64,000 nucleotides of DNA from a virus, in IMG/VR virus record IMGVR_UViG_3300020417_001379, positions 5,021 to 69,020 of that record; one strand, given 5' to 3'. The notes beneath the pieces are model-generated. The model was not told where the DNA came from, searched no databases, and saw nothing but the letters and a program-made list of their open reading frames with translations. Below, in pieces: positions 39,597 through 48,094 of the stretch; the stretch's first letter is position 1; the number at the start of each line of letters is the position of its first letter. Position numbers and translations under genes: made by a program.

Positions 39597-40563
39597 TTAG
39601 GCTACCGTCCTTGCTACTGCATCTGCCCATGCCTTGCCCTTAATGCGCTGTCCTGTTCCCATTATTGCGCTCTCTGCTCGGCGGTCATTCACTCGTCCGT
39701 CTTTGGTAGTTACCCAAGCGTGGTCTATGAAGTCGGTTACGACATTTACTGTTTGGAACAGCGTTCCGTCCATGTCGCCAATTTGGTTCTGTGGCTCTGC
39801 CTCAAGTGCAATCACTTGGTCGAGAATATTCTTGCCTCGTGTAGCAAGCCCGTAAGGGTTCTCTTTTGAAATCAATTCCTCGTTGGTCTGAATCGGCAGG
39901 TGTTCCAAGTAAAACTCTACTCTCTCGCCAATATCCATCTCTACTTCCAACATACCGAGAGCGTCCTCAGCCCATTGGTCTAACATTACATTAGTCATCT
40001 TCATGGCTTCCTTCATCTTCTCAATCTGCTCATCCATTTTTGAGGTGTGCCTAATTGTGAAGTAGTTACCTGTCTTTTTTGCTTCCCTCAGAACCATGTT
40101 CATTTGGTTTCCACAATTCATTCTAATGCAGTTAGGTATAACCCTAATAGCACCCGAACCATCGTGCGCATTTGTAAGCGTCATAAAGCCTTGAACCGGC
40201 TCATTTCCGTTAATCAGAATCTCATCCGGTAGAGCCAAATTGACCCAAAACTTTGCGCCATTATTTACTACCCCTATTTTATTAAACTCAAGGTCTGTTA
40301 CCTGCGTCAATTCGTGGGCTAACTGAGTTACTTCTTGGTGTTGCTTTACATGGTATGACTTACCTACTACTCCTAAGCAATCGTGCGTATCATCTCTAAA
40401 CACACCTCTATGCTTTTGGGTCAATACCTTGCCCCTTGTATCATATAGAGGCTCTAACTGAGCCTTCCATGTTAAGCCTGCGTTTTCGCAAACCTCTTTC
40501 GCTGTCGTTCCTATTGCGTCTTGGCCGAATGACCCCCACGCTTCTTGTCTTGCTGTCGTCATG
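39597..40563 (-). CDS. DUF932 / phage-plasmid-like protein (TIGR03299-like)
   Basis: AGLTW, R.DT..LGVVG..Y, TNAHDGSG, RMNCGN, IRHT motifs. Confidence 0.85.
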
Positions 40564-40812
40564 TTTTCATCTCCTGTATCCGGCTTCTTTGCCGATATTT
40601 GCTCCACCGACCATCTGCATTTAAAGATTCCGATTCGACCACGCAAGCACCCCTCGCGCGTATAGTATAGTAAAGAGAAATATACCCGTCAAAAAACGAC
40701 CACGCAAACAGAAAACGCTTGGAAGGGGTCATAGAGCCACGCAAATTGAAAATAGGTAGTAAGGTAGTGCCGACTATCTAAAACGGCTATATATAGCACT
40801 ATTTGGAATTAC

Positions 40813-40975
40813 GCTACATTTTGTAGCATAAAAAATTGTAGCAAAGAAATTGTAGCATAAACTTTGTAGCATAGAAATTTGTAGCATAAAAATTTGTAGC
40901 CTGCGCTCGCTCGCCTGCACGCTACAAAAAAAATTTGTAGCAAAGGGGGTCAGCCAAAAAAACCGATGCTACAAA
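40813..40975. repeat. tandem TTGTAGC repeats (~15-bp period), left boundary cluster
   Basis: Six direct copies at 40821-40900 plus inverted GCTACA copies. Confidence 0.9.
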
Positions 40976-40996
40976 CTTTTTTACTCGCAAAAAAAA

Positions 40997-41434
40997 TCAT
41001 GCGCACTTTCGGCACATGACTCTCATTGGGTTTGAAGTTATGTCGGACTTATGCACCTTTTTACTTTCATGGGCATTTATGTTTGCATTGCATCCAACGC
41101 ATACGCCTCTCGTATTGTAGAGCATCGAAATCACAGGGGCACTTTCAATAAAATTGGGGTCAATTTTCATTTTAGGCGCGACTATTTTAGGCGTTATACT
41201 TTCCTTGCGTAGTGCCCTCGCAATCTTGTTTGACCTGTGGTTGGGGCAGGTTTTCTTGTGGCTACGCCCCTTAATAGCGCCACAGCATGGGTGTCTCTCT
41301 CGACCTTCTGAATATCTACCATTGCTTGCGCCTAATCGCTTCTTTGAATCTCCGGTAGCGAGTCCGCCTTTGCGTCCTGCTTCCCGCTTTTGCTTGTCTA
41401 TCGGCTTGAATGTGCCGTCCTCATACCTGCGCAT
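40997..41434 (-). CDS. basic Cys/His-rich nucleic-acid-binding protein
   Basis: REAGRKGG, HPCC...H..C, CVGC...CRKC; divergent from the large RNA candidate. Confidence 0.55.
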   Translation of the reverse strand: MRRYEDGTFKPIDKQKREAGRKGGLATGDSKKRLGASNGRYSEGRERHPCCGAIKGRSHKKTCPNHRSNKIARALRKESITPKIVAPKMKIDPNFIESAPVISMLYNTRGVCVGCNANINAHESKKVHKSDITSNPMRVMCRKCA

Positions 41435-41520
41435 AATACGACCACGCAAGCATTTGCTTATGAACCTGTCGGTCAAGGCCAAAAATCGGAAGGTTTAAGT
41501 GCGGATAGCCTTCCGCCCCA

Positions 41521-42180
41521 ATTACTGCTACCGAGTAGTGGTGTTGGGAGATGGCTCGCCATCCCCTTCGGGACTGAACGATGTAAGATAGTCAAGTAAG
41601 TGAGCGAACATGAGATAAACAGAACGGAAGCACCCGAGCGGAAGTAGTTGAGACACGAAAAGCGACCAAAGGAGGAATACTCAGCACCTATACGCCCCCA
41701 CAGGGTAGGAAAGGAGCATTACTCACCGAAAGACTCCAAGCCTCGCAGGTAGCGGGTGAATCAGAGCAACGAGACACTTGAGGGATACTGAGCGAGGGTT
41801 GTTATGAATCTGTGGCTACGCCTGCCTCTCATTACCGAGAGGTGGGAAAGTCATCATTCATAGGCGAATTAGAACGGGTTTGGTCGGACGAGCAAGGGGT
41901 GTGGAAATCCCTTGAGCGGTGTCGGCTGAATCTTAGTAAGTCCATACCTTAAGCAAGTATGGGGGAAGTAGTATGAAGTGATGTGGCGAAAGAGCAATGA
42001 CCTGCCCACCATCCACCTCAGCGTAACGCGGGGCAATGGAGCGAAATGGTGCGGAGAGGGAGCGAAAGCGGTAGTTAGGTTGAAGGCGTAGGTGAGGGCG
42101 TGGTAAGCCCAAGACCCGTAAAGCGTGCGGTTGGTGGACAGATAGCAGTAAGGCATTCGGAGAATGTTCAGTCCCACCTA
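41521..42180 (+). ncRNA. candidate large ornate ncRNA (~630-660 nt)
   Basis: No credible ORF; promoter TTTAAGTGCGGATAG at ~41495; end pairing 41522-30/42143-51; long-range pairs and many hairpins with UUCG/GNRA-type loops. Confidence 0.65.
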
Positions 42181-42557
42181 TATTTAATGGTGAAAGAAAA
42201 ACAAGAAAATTGTAGCATGAACAAAAAGTAGGAGGTTATTTGTAGCATATAGAAATGTAGGATTGGATTTTTGTAGCAAGAGGCGCGATACCTAACCTTA
42301 ATAAAGGTTTTCTTTTAGGGGTTATTTGTAGCATACTAACTTTGTAGCAAAACACTTGGCGGTGGTATGGATACTTGGTGCATTTTTCACACTAACTTTT
42401 TTTTGTAGCATAAGCATTTTTACACGCGCAACATTTTTTTGTAGCATACTTTTTTTGTAGCAAAGCACGACACGACATTACGCTACAAATTTGTAGCATA
42501 GGGGGGAACAGACTTGCTACAAAAAAACCTTATAAGGGCAACCCCACTCGGAGTATC

Positions 42558-42764
42558 ATGGACAATTACACGAAGCGAGATGAAGCACACACGCATTGCG
42601 ACCATTGCAGGACAGAATACTTTAAGTGTTATATTAGTGAGTTTGGGTATAGCCTGTGGGTATGCAGATGCACCCAAGACGCTTGCCCTCATGGGTTTTA
42701 TAATTTGATGCTCGACAACAGAATTAGCAAGGTAAAAGGCTCGGAGCGTAATTTAGTTTGGTAA
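42558..42764 (+). CDS. cassette 1: small Cys-rich protein
   Basis: ATG 44 nt after motif-promoter at 42514; CDHC...CRC. Confidence 0.65.
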   Translation: MDNYTKRDEAHTHCDHCRTEYFKCYISEFGYSLWVCRCTQDACPHGFYNLMLDNRISKVKGSERNLVW

Positions 42765-42932
42765 AACCCGCAAGAATAGGCAAAAACCGCCTTTTTTCGC
42801 ATGAAAGCAAAAATTTGTAGCATAAGTTAGCGAAAACCCCGTATTGCTACAAATTTGTAGCATAAGGGGGTAAAACCGTAGCCTACCATGCTACAAAAAA
42901 GACTTAAGTAGGGATACCCCGTCCGCTCAAAT

Positions 42933-43088
42933 ATGACGACATGGACGGCAATGACCCCCGCGTATATTGATATGCTATTGGACACGAGACACAGTAAAGA
43001 GGCAAAAGATTTAGCCATTAAAGAATTAATGAAAATGGCTCGTGCCCTTGACGCTTACCAACAGGTATTCGGTATGGAAGAAGAATGA
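42933..43088 (+). CDS. cassette 2a: small helical protein (51 aa)
   Basis: ATG 45 nt after motif at 42888; MTTWTAMTPAYIDMLL...ELMKMARALD. Confidence 0.65.
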   Translation: MTTWTAMTPAYIDMLLDTRHSKEAKDLAIKELMKMARALDAYQQVFGMEEE

Positions 43089-43129
43089 AGCAGGACAAGA
43101 CTTATAAGCAAAACAGGAGTGGAAGAAAT

Positions 43130-43285
43130 ATGGAAGAAGACGAGACGACAGAATATGTGGATATAACACCGAGTAACGAAGGTATGGCTATGATGCTATG
43201 GGAATTAGCAATGAACCATACTGACTATGAAAAGAGAGAATGGGCCAAGATGAAATTAATTAAGGGCTATTTAGCAGGTGAATGA
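43130..43285 (+). CDS. cassette 2b: small helical protein (51 aa)
   Basis: Own TTATAA at ~43102; MEEDETTEYVDITPS... Confidence 0.6.
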   Translation: MEEDETTEYVDITPSNEGMAMMLWELAMNHTDYEKREWAKMKLIKGYLAGE

Positions 43286-43508
43286 GTAACGGAGAATGAG
43301 TAAGACCCAACCCCGCCTCGCCCACGAAGAGGAAGCGTGGAGGACAAGTGCGGGGGGGCATCATTTTTTCGTGCGCGCAAAAATTTGTAGCATAGTGCTT
43401 TTTTGGGGCTACGCATATACGCTACAAATTTGTAGCATACGGAAGTAAATACACACGCTCGATATGCTACAAAAAAACCTTATAACCCCCTACCCCTTCG
43501 GCTCTAAT

Positions 43509-43790
43509 ATGGAGAAAGACGACATACGACTTGACGACTGCGGACATATTGTGATGGATAAGGACATGACTGACCTTTGGGTTAGAACCCCGAAAGGTTT
43601 GATTGCTATACACCTTAACCAATACACCGGCCTTTACCACATGACTGCTTGGAACACCCATGAAGGAAATAAGATGAGCAAGAAAAAAGAGGGCAACGGA
43701 TATTTCAAGATAGCCCAAGAGATGAGCGGAACATATAGCGAGGAAAAAGCAAGATACAAAACAGGCATGATACACACTCCCACGCCTTGA
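43509..43790 (+). CDS. cassette 3: hypothetical protein
   Basis: ATG 45 nt after motif at 43464; followed by GC hairpin and T-run. Confidence 0.65.
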   Translation: MEKDDIRLDDCGHIVMDKDMTDLWVRTPKGLIAIHLNQYTGLYHMTAWNTHEGNKMSKKKEGNGYFKIAQEMSGTYSEEKARYKTGMIHTPTP

Positions 43791-44000
43791 GATACTTTGG
43801 CGTTAGAAGTCGGATACTCGACCCCCCAAAGCGCGCGGGGGGTCGGGTGGCGCATTTTTTATACCCGTTAAAAATTTGTAGCATAGCAACAGTAGGTGTT
43901 GTAAAACACACTAAGTTACAAATTTGTAGCATACCGACCGTGAGAGTAGGATACCTATGCTACAAAAAAACCTTATAAGGGGGTATGGGGTCGCAGGACT

Positions 44001-44264
44001 ATGGAGCGAAGGTTCGCAATGGTATGCCTGCACGAGACAGACACGATGGAAGACGGAACAGTTAGATATATTCCGTGTTGCATTAAAGAGGGAGTCGCCG
44101 GTTACTTCCCTATGAGGGGAAACCCCGACAAGTTACAAAGCGCTTGGTATTGGGGTAAGACGCATGAGGAATGTTCCGAGATATGCGATATTTACAACCA
44201 AGACTTAGGTTTAACGGCTGAAGATGTTAGGGAGATTATAGCAAGTAGCATGAGACTTTCTTGA
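44001..44264 (+). CDS. cassette 4: hypothetical protein
   Basis: ATG 44 nt after motif at 43957; hairpin at ~44270-44300. Confidence 0.7.
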   Translation: MERRFAMVCLHETDTMEDGTVRYIPCCIKEGVAGYFPMRGNPDKLQSAWYWGKTHEECSEICDIYNQDLGLTAEDVREIIASSMRLS

Positions 44265-44439
44265 ATTGGGGCGGGGGTTCTCAACCCCCCCGTTCCTTTT
44301 GGCTCTCAAAAATTTGTAGCATAGGGATTCCTTTTTTGGGCGTAACGAGGTGGGCTACAAATTTGTAGCATACATACCGTAACCACTACTGAGTTATGCT
44401 ACAAAAAAAGGTTATAACCATATACCCCAACCGCGATAC

Positions 44440-44757
44440 ATGAAGCGACAACGCGACATAAGGACGCACAACCGAGACAGGTTCAAGGGCGCGCGCCTCA
44501 ACGATGAAGAAAGAAAGGAATGCGCAAGCATCATGGAGAGACTACGAGGGCAAAAGCCTGCGAGATTCGCAACAGGCACAAGCACACTTGTAGTCCTCAA
44601 GGAGATTGCATGGAGAGAAGCAGAAGGGTCAAGCGGGGACTTGATTTGTTGTATTGTCCGTAATGGTGTGGAAAATACTTGGATGCTACGAGGCAAGAAC
44701 CAAATGAAAGGCAGTAAAGAAAAATTACGAGTAAAGAAGATTCTATGGGGATACTGA
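44440..44757 (+). CDS. cassette 5: basic hypothetical protein
   Basis: ATG 44 nt after motif at 44396; hairpin at ~44775-44803. Confidence 0.7.
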   Translation: MKRQRDIRTHNRDRFKGARLNDEERKECASIMERLRGQKPARFATGTSTLVVLKEIAWREAEGSSGDLICCIVRNGVENTWMLRGKNQMKGSKEKLRVKKILWGY

Positions 44758-44948
44758 GATTCTACGGGTATTGTGGGCGGGGGGACGCATCACCCCCCGT
44801 CCCAAACCTTATGCACGACAGAAATTTGTAGCATAGCGTAACAAACACAACAACAACACACACTACAAATTTGTAGCGTATCTCGGTAGAGAAAACAACG
44901 CTATTATGCTACAAAAAAAGGTTATATATGGATACCCTGTCCGCTAAA

Positions 44949-45238
44949 ATGTAAGTGGGGGGCGAACTGAACACTCGCCCCCATGAAGACCGGAGTTATA
45001 CCCCCGAAGGCAAGTAGGGCAGGTAAAGAGCCGGTGCGTCCCTAACTGCAACGCCAATAAGACAGGATACACGCACACGAGAAGACCCCTCTCCGAGTCG
45101 AGTGAAAAAGGGTGGCCGATATTTTCAGAAAGCGTAACACTTACCCGACCTGCCCACGAGTTAGGCATAACGCGTGGGTTGCCCCTGTTTAGGGGTAAGT
45201 CCCTGTTTGTTCGCAGGCGATTGGTCGGCAATTTTTTT
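44949..45238 (+). ncRNA. cassette 6: candidate structured ncRNA (~290 nt)
   Basis: Standard cassette promoter at 44906 but ATG is followed immediately by TAA; many complementary segments; ends in a T7 run. Confidence 0.65.
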
Positions 45239-45524
45239 AGCGCTCATAAAAATTTGTAGCATATCTTTCTATTGTTTCCGCACGCTACTGAAAGAATAAA
45301 ACGCATGACTGCTACAAATTTGTAGCAATTATTTTATTTCTTCATATATGTTTTAGATTACTTCTCTATTACTAAAAATACTAATGAAAGAATTAATTAA
45401 TTACAAATTTGTAGCGTAGTATAGCGTTTAATTAATTTTGTTGGCTACAAAAACAAAAAAATAAATAACGATGCTACAAAAAAACCTTATAAGCAAATAC
45501 CTTTAGGGTCGGTTTGGTGATACA

Positions 45525-45680
45525 ATGCTAACGCGCAGACACTTTGAGGCGATTGCCTCTATTATACAGATGAAAGAAAGCCGAACAGAAAAAATGATTG
45601 CATACGAGACCATTAGGCCGATTTGCATGGAGAACCCCCGCTTTGATGAAGCCAAGTTTCTCAAGGCTTGCGGGATTTGA
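45525..45680 (+). CDS. cassette 7: small protein with NPRFD..KF..AC motif (51 aa)
   Basis: GGTGA SD; MLTRRHFEAIA...NPRFDEAKFLKACG, a pattern I recall from small phage proteins. Confidence 0.7.
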   Translation: MLTRRHFEAIASIIQMKESRTEKMIAYETIRPICMENPRFDEAKFLKACGI

Positions 45681-45883
45681 GTAGGTTGGGGGTTCGCCCC
45701 CTTCCTCTCTTTTCTTTGGCCGTTAAAAATTTGTAGCATAACGACAACAAAAAAGGCGCGCGTTGCTTACACGCACGAGGCTACAAATTTGTAGCGTAGC
45801 CCGCTTATGCGTGCGCGCGGGGCGTAACACCCTTGACCTATGCTACAAAAAAAGGTTAAATAGGCATACCCCTTCGTCTGTTT

Positions 45884-46027
45884 ATGTGCGAGTATTACGA
45901 CAAGTATTGGGCATTAGTGAAGGCAATAAGAGAAAGCACAGGCAAGGGAACAGAAACACTTGTCTGTATAGATGATATATTATATAACATAGACACAGGC
46001 CAACTCTTCTGCCCTTACGCGCCTTGA
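45884..46027 (+). CDS. cassette 8: small protein (47 aa)
   Basis: ATG 44 nt after motif at 45840. Confidence 0.6.
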   Translation: MCEYYDKYWALVKAIRESTGKGTETLVCIDDILYNIDTGQLFCPYAP

Positions 46028-46282
46028 GCGGAGCGCGTTTGCGCTTATAATCTTTTCTTTAGCGCTGAAAAATTTGTAGCATAACCCCGCAACGGTTTTG
46101 CGCGCACGCGCTTTTCTTGATAAGCCACAAATTTGTAGCATAGGGTGTAAGGGTTTGCGCGCGTGGCGTTTGCCGTATCACACTACAAATTTGTAGCATA
46201 CTTACTCATACACGCTGAAGCGAAAAAGCGCGCGACCTATGCTACAAAAAAACCTTATAAGTAGATACCCGCTCCGATAAAC

Positions 46283-46447
46283 ATGAGCAAGAGAGGCGAG
46301 ATAGTCTTCACCTACAAAGGCATATTAGAGTTATACGACTGCACCTGCTGTAAGGGGACAGATGAATTCCCCGAAGTAGAGCCGGACGAGTCCGGCGTTT
46401 ATTGCTACACCTGCGGGGCTTCAGCCTCGTGGCCTAAGCCCGCATGA
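46283..46447 (+). CDS. cassette 9: small Zn-finger protein (54 aa)
   Basis: ATG 44 nt after motif at 46239; CTCC...CYTC. Confidence 0.65.
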   Translation: MSKRGEIVFTYKGILELYDCTCCKGTDEFPEVEPDESGVYCYTCGASASWPKPA

Positions 46448-46760
46448 GCGAGAGGCCAAATTTTGTAGCATAATTTCTTTAGCCCGTAAAAATTTGTAGC
46501 ATAGCGTGAGCGTTGCGCGCGCAACGGCGCGTAAGTATATAGGTTACAAATTTGTAGCATAGCGCGCTTAACCCTACGCCCCCGCACCTTACTGTATTAG
46601 ACTACAAATTTGTAGCATAGACCGCTTGTGTTCCCCGCCCCCCGTTGCCCCCACGAGTTATGCTACAAATTTGTGGTCTGCCTACTCGCTATTGCTTCCC
46701 CGCTATGCTACAAAAAAACATTATAAGGGGATACCCACCCCGATAGAACGAGGTATCAAT

Positions 46761-47078
46761 ATGGAAGATATGAGATATGAAATGAAAGCAGACTGCGGGG
46801 ACGCTCAAGAGCGTTCCTATGAGTGGGAGCAACCCCACGAAAAAGAGGCGTTTGAAAACGCCGTAGATGGCGTTAAATGCCCTTGCTGTGGGTCAAGCGA
46901 CCTTGTAATGTGCGACCGTGAATTAATGGGTAGAGACACCTATTATGATATGGAAGACGATTGGGGCTACGAAACCTACGAATACAGGTTTTGGGCGCAA
47001 TGCACAGGCGTAGAGAGCGGTGAGTGCAAGCATGACGAATGGATAATGATTTATGGGGAAGTCGAAATAGATTACTGA
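46761..47078 (+). CDS. cassette 10: acidic Zn-ribbon protein
   Basis: GAGGT SD; CPCC...C...C; hairpin at ~47087-47105. Confidence 0.7.
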   Translation: MEDMRYEMKADCGDAQERSYEWEQPHEKEAFENAVDGVKCPCCGSSDLVMCDRELMGRDTYYDMEDDWGYETYEYRFWAQCTGVESGECKHDEWIMIYGEVEIDY

Positions 47079-47435
47079 AAAGGTTTGGGGGGGCTTTGCC
47101 CCCCCTTACGCTTTACTGTGTAAATATTTGTAGCATAGGTTTTTTTAACCCCTAAAAAAATTTGTAGCATAGCGACACACGCGGGCGGGCAAACGCACAG
47201 AGTAACAACGCTACAAATTTGTAGCATAACAACGCTTAACATACCCACCCCCTACCCCCTAAACGCTAAGTTACAAATTTGTAGCACCGACCCCCTACAC
47301 AACGCGCGCGCGAAAGACGCAGGAGTTAAGATACAAATTTGTAGCATGGTTGGTTGTAACGCAAGCGCGCGAGCGAAAAACAAACCGCGCTATGCTACAA
47401 AAAAGAGTTATAAGGGAATACCCCCACCGCCAATC

Positions 47436-47630
47436 ATGCCTTACTTGAGCATGGAACAAGCCGAAGAAATGTATGATGATATGATAGACGAAATATACGG
47501 AGAGGTAAAGGTTGGAGTAACATTCAACGCCTCTCGCGTATTGAAGGAGTTAGACCCCATTGCGTATAGATGCGGGTTCAACGACTACATGGACAGCCTC
47601 TTTGAAGACGGTTACACCTTAATGGATTAA
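47436..47630 (+). CDS. cassette 11: small acidic protein (SRVLKELDPIAYRCGFNDY motif)
   Basis: ATG 44 nt after motif at 47392. Confidence 0.7.
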   Translation: MPYLSMEQAEEMYDDMIDEIYGEVKVGVTFNASRVLKELDPIAYRCGFNDYMDSLFEDGYTLMD

Positions 47631-47637
47631 GCGAGTA

Positions 47638-47668
47638 AGTCCCGCCTTCGGGCGGGCTTCGCTTTTTT
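47638..47668 (+). terminator. hairpin terminator AGTCCCGCC-TTCG-GGCGGGCT + T-run
   Basis: cUUCGg stem-loop then TTTTT; similar hairpins follow most cassettes. Confidence 0.7.
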
Positions 47669-48094
47669 AGGGCGCAAAGATATTTGTAGCATGGCTTTTT
47701 TTAGACTTTGAAAATATTTGTAGCATACGCTTTTTTAGACTCTGAAGAAAATTTGTAGCAAGCGGTTTTTAACAAAAAAAAAAATTTGTAGCATAGCAAA
47801 AAAAAATTTGTAGCATAGCAAATTAATAAAAAATCGTCAAAAATTAATAATTAATAATATGCTACAAAAAAATAATAATTTGTAGCATAGATAACCCCGA
47901 AATCATGCTACAAAAAAAGGCCGAAATCATGCTACAAAAAAAGGTCAAAATTAGTTATTAATTAACCCTAAAAATTAGGCTACAAAAAATACGCTTGGCG
48001 CGGTCAGAAAAAAAGCAAAAACCCCGAAATTAGCCCCTAATCGGCGACACTATCATAAGGGGTGCTTATCTCCCAATTGATGAGGTGAACAAGT

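Larger units (their letters stand above)
42210..47990. repeat. dispersed GCTACAAATTTGTAGC palindrome/half-site array framing 11 expression cassettes
   Basis: About 65 half-sites here (manual count), all intergenic; dense clusters at 42210-42520 and 47680-47990. Confidence 0.95.

Noticed and set aside
41840-41920. RNase P RNA (GGAAAGTC, GAGCAAG)
   Set aside because: Partial matches only; the conserved 3' P4 strand was not found
41500-42182. Group II intron (GTGCG start, ...CCTAT end)
   Set aside because: GTGCG is part of the promoter motif; no canonical domain V, no RT gene and no interrupted gene
45145-45231. Canonical tRNA gene
   Set aside because: Cloverleaf-like but lacks D-loop GG, TTCRA T-loop and a 7-nt anticodon loop; no tRNA was recognised elsewhere by eye
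46060-47400. CRISPR array (repeats with ~40-nt spacers)
   Set aside because: Repeat is only 16-19 bp, runs have 2-4 units interrupted by genes, spacers are low-complexity, and no cas1/cas2 is present; Cas4-like nucleases are common stand-alone viral genes
42514-47630. ORFs beginning MLQKNL, MLQI or containing YATNL/YATKK
   Set aside because: Artefacts of translating the ATGCTACAAA repeat; true starts lie ~44 nt downstream
42210-47990. Classical integron/attC array
   Set aside because: No tyrosine recombinase is visible and no attC GTTRRRY/RYYYAAC structure; cassettes carry their own promoters
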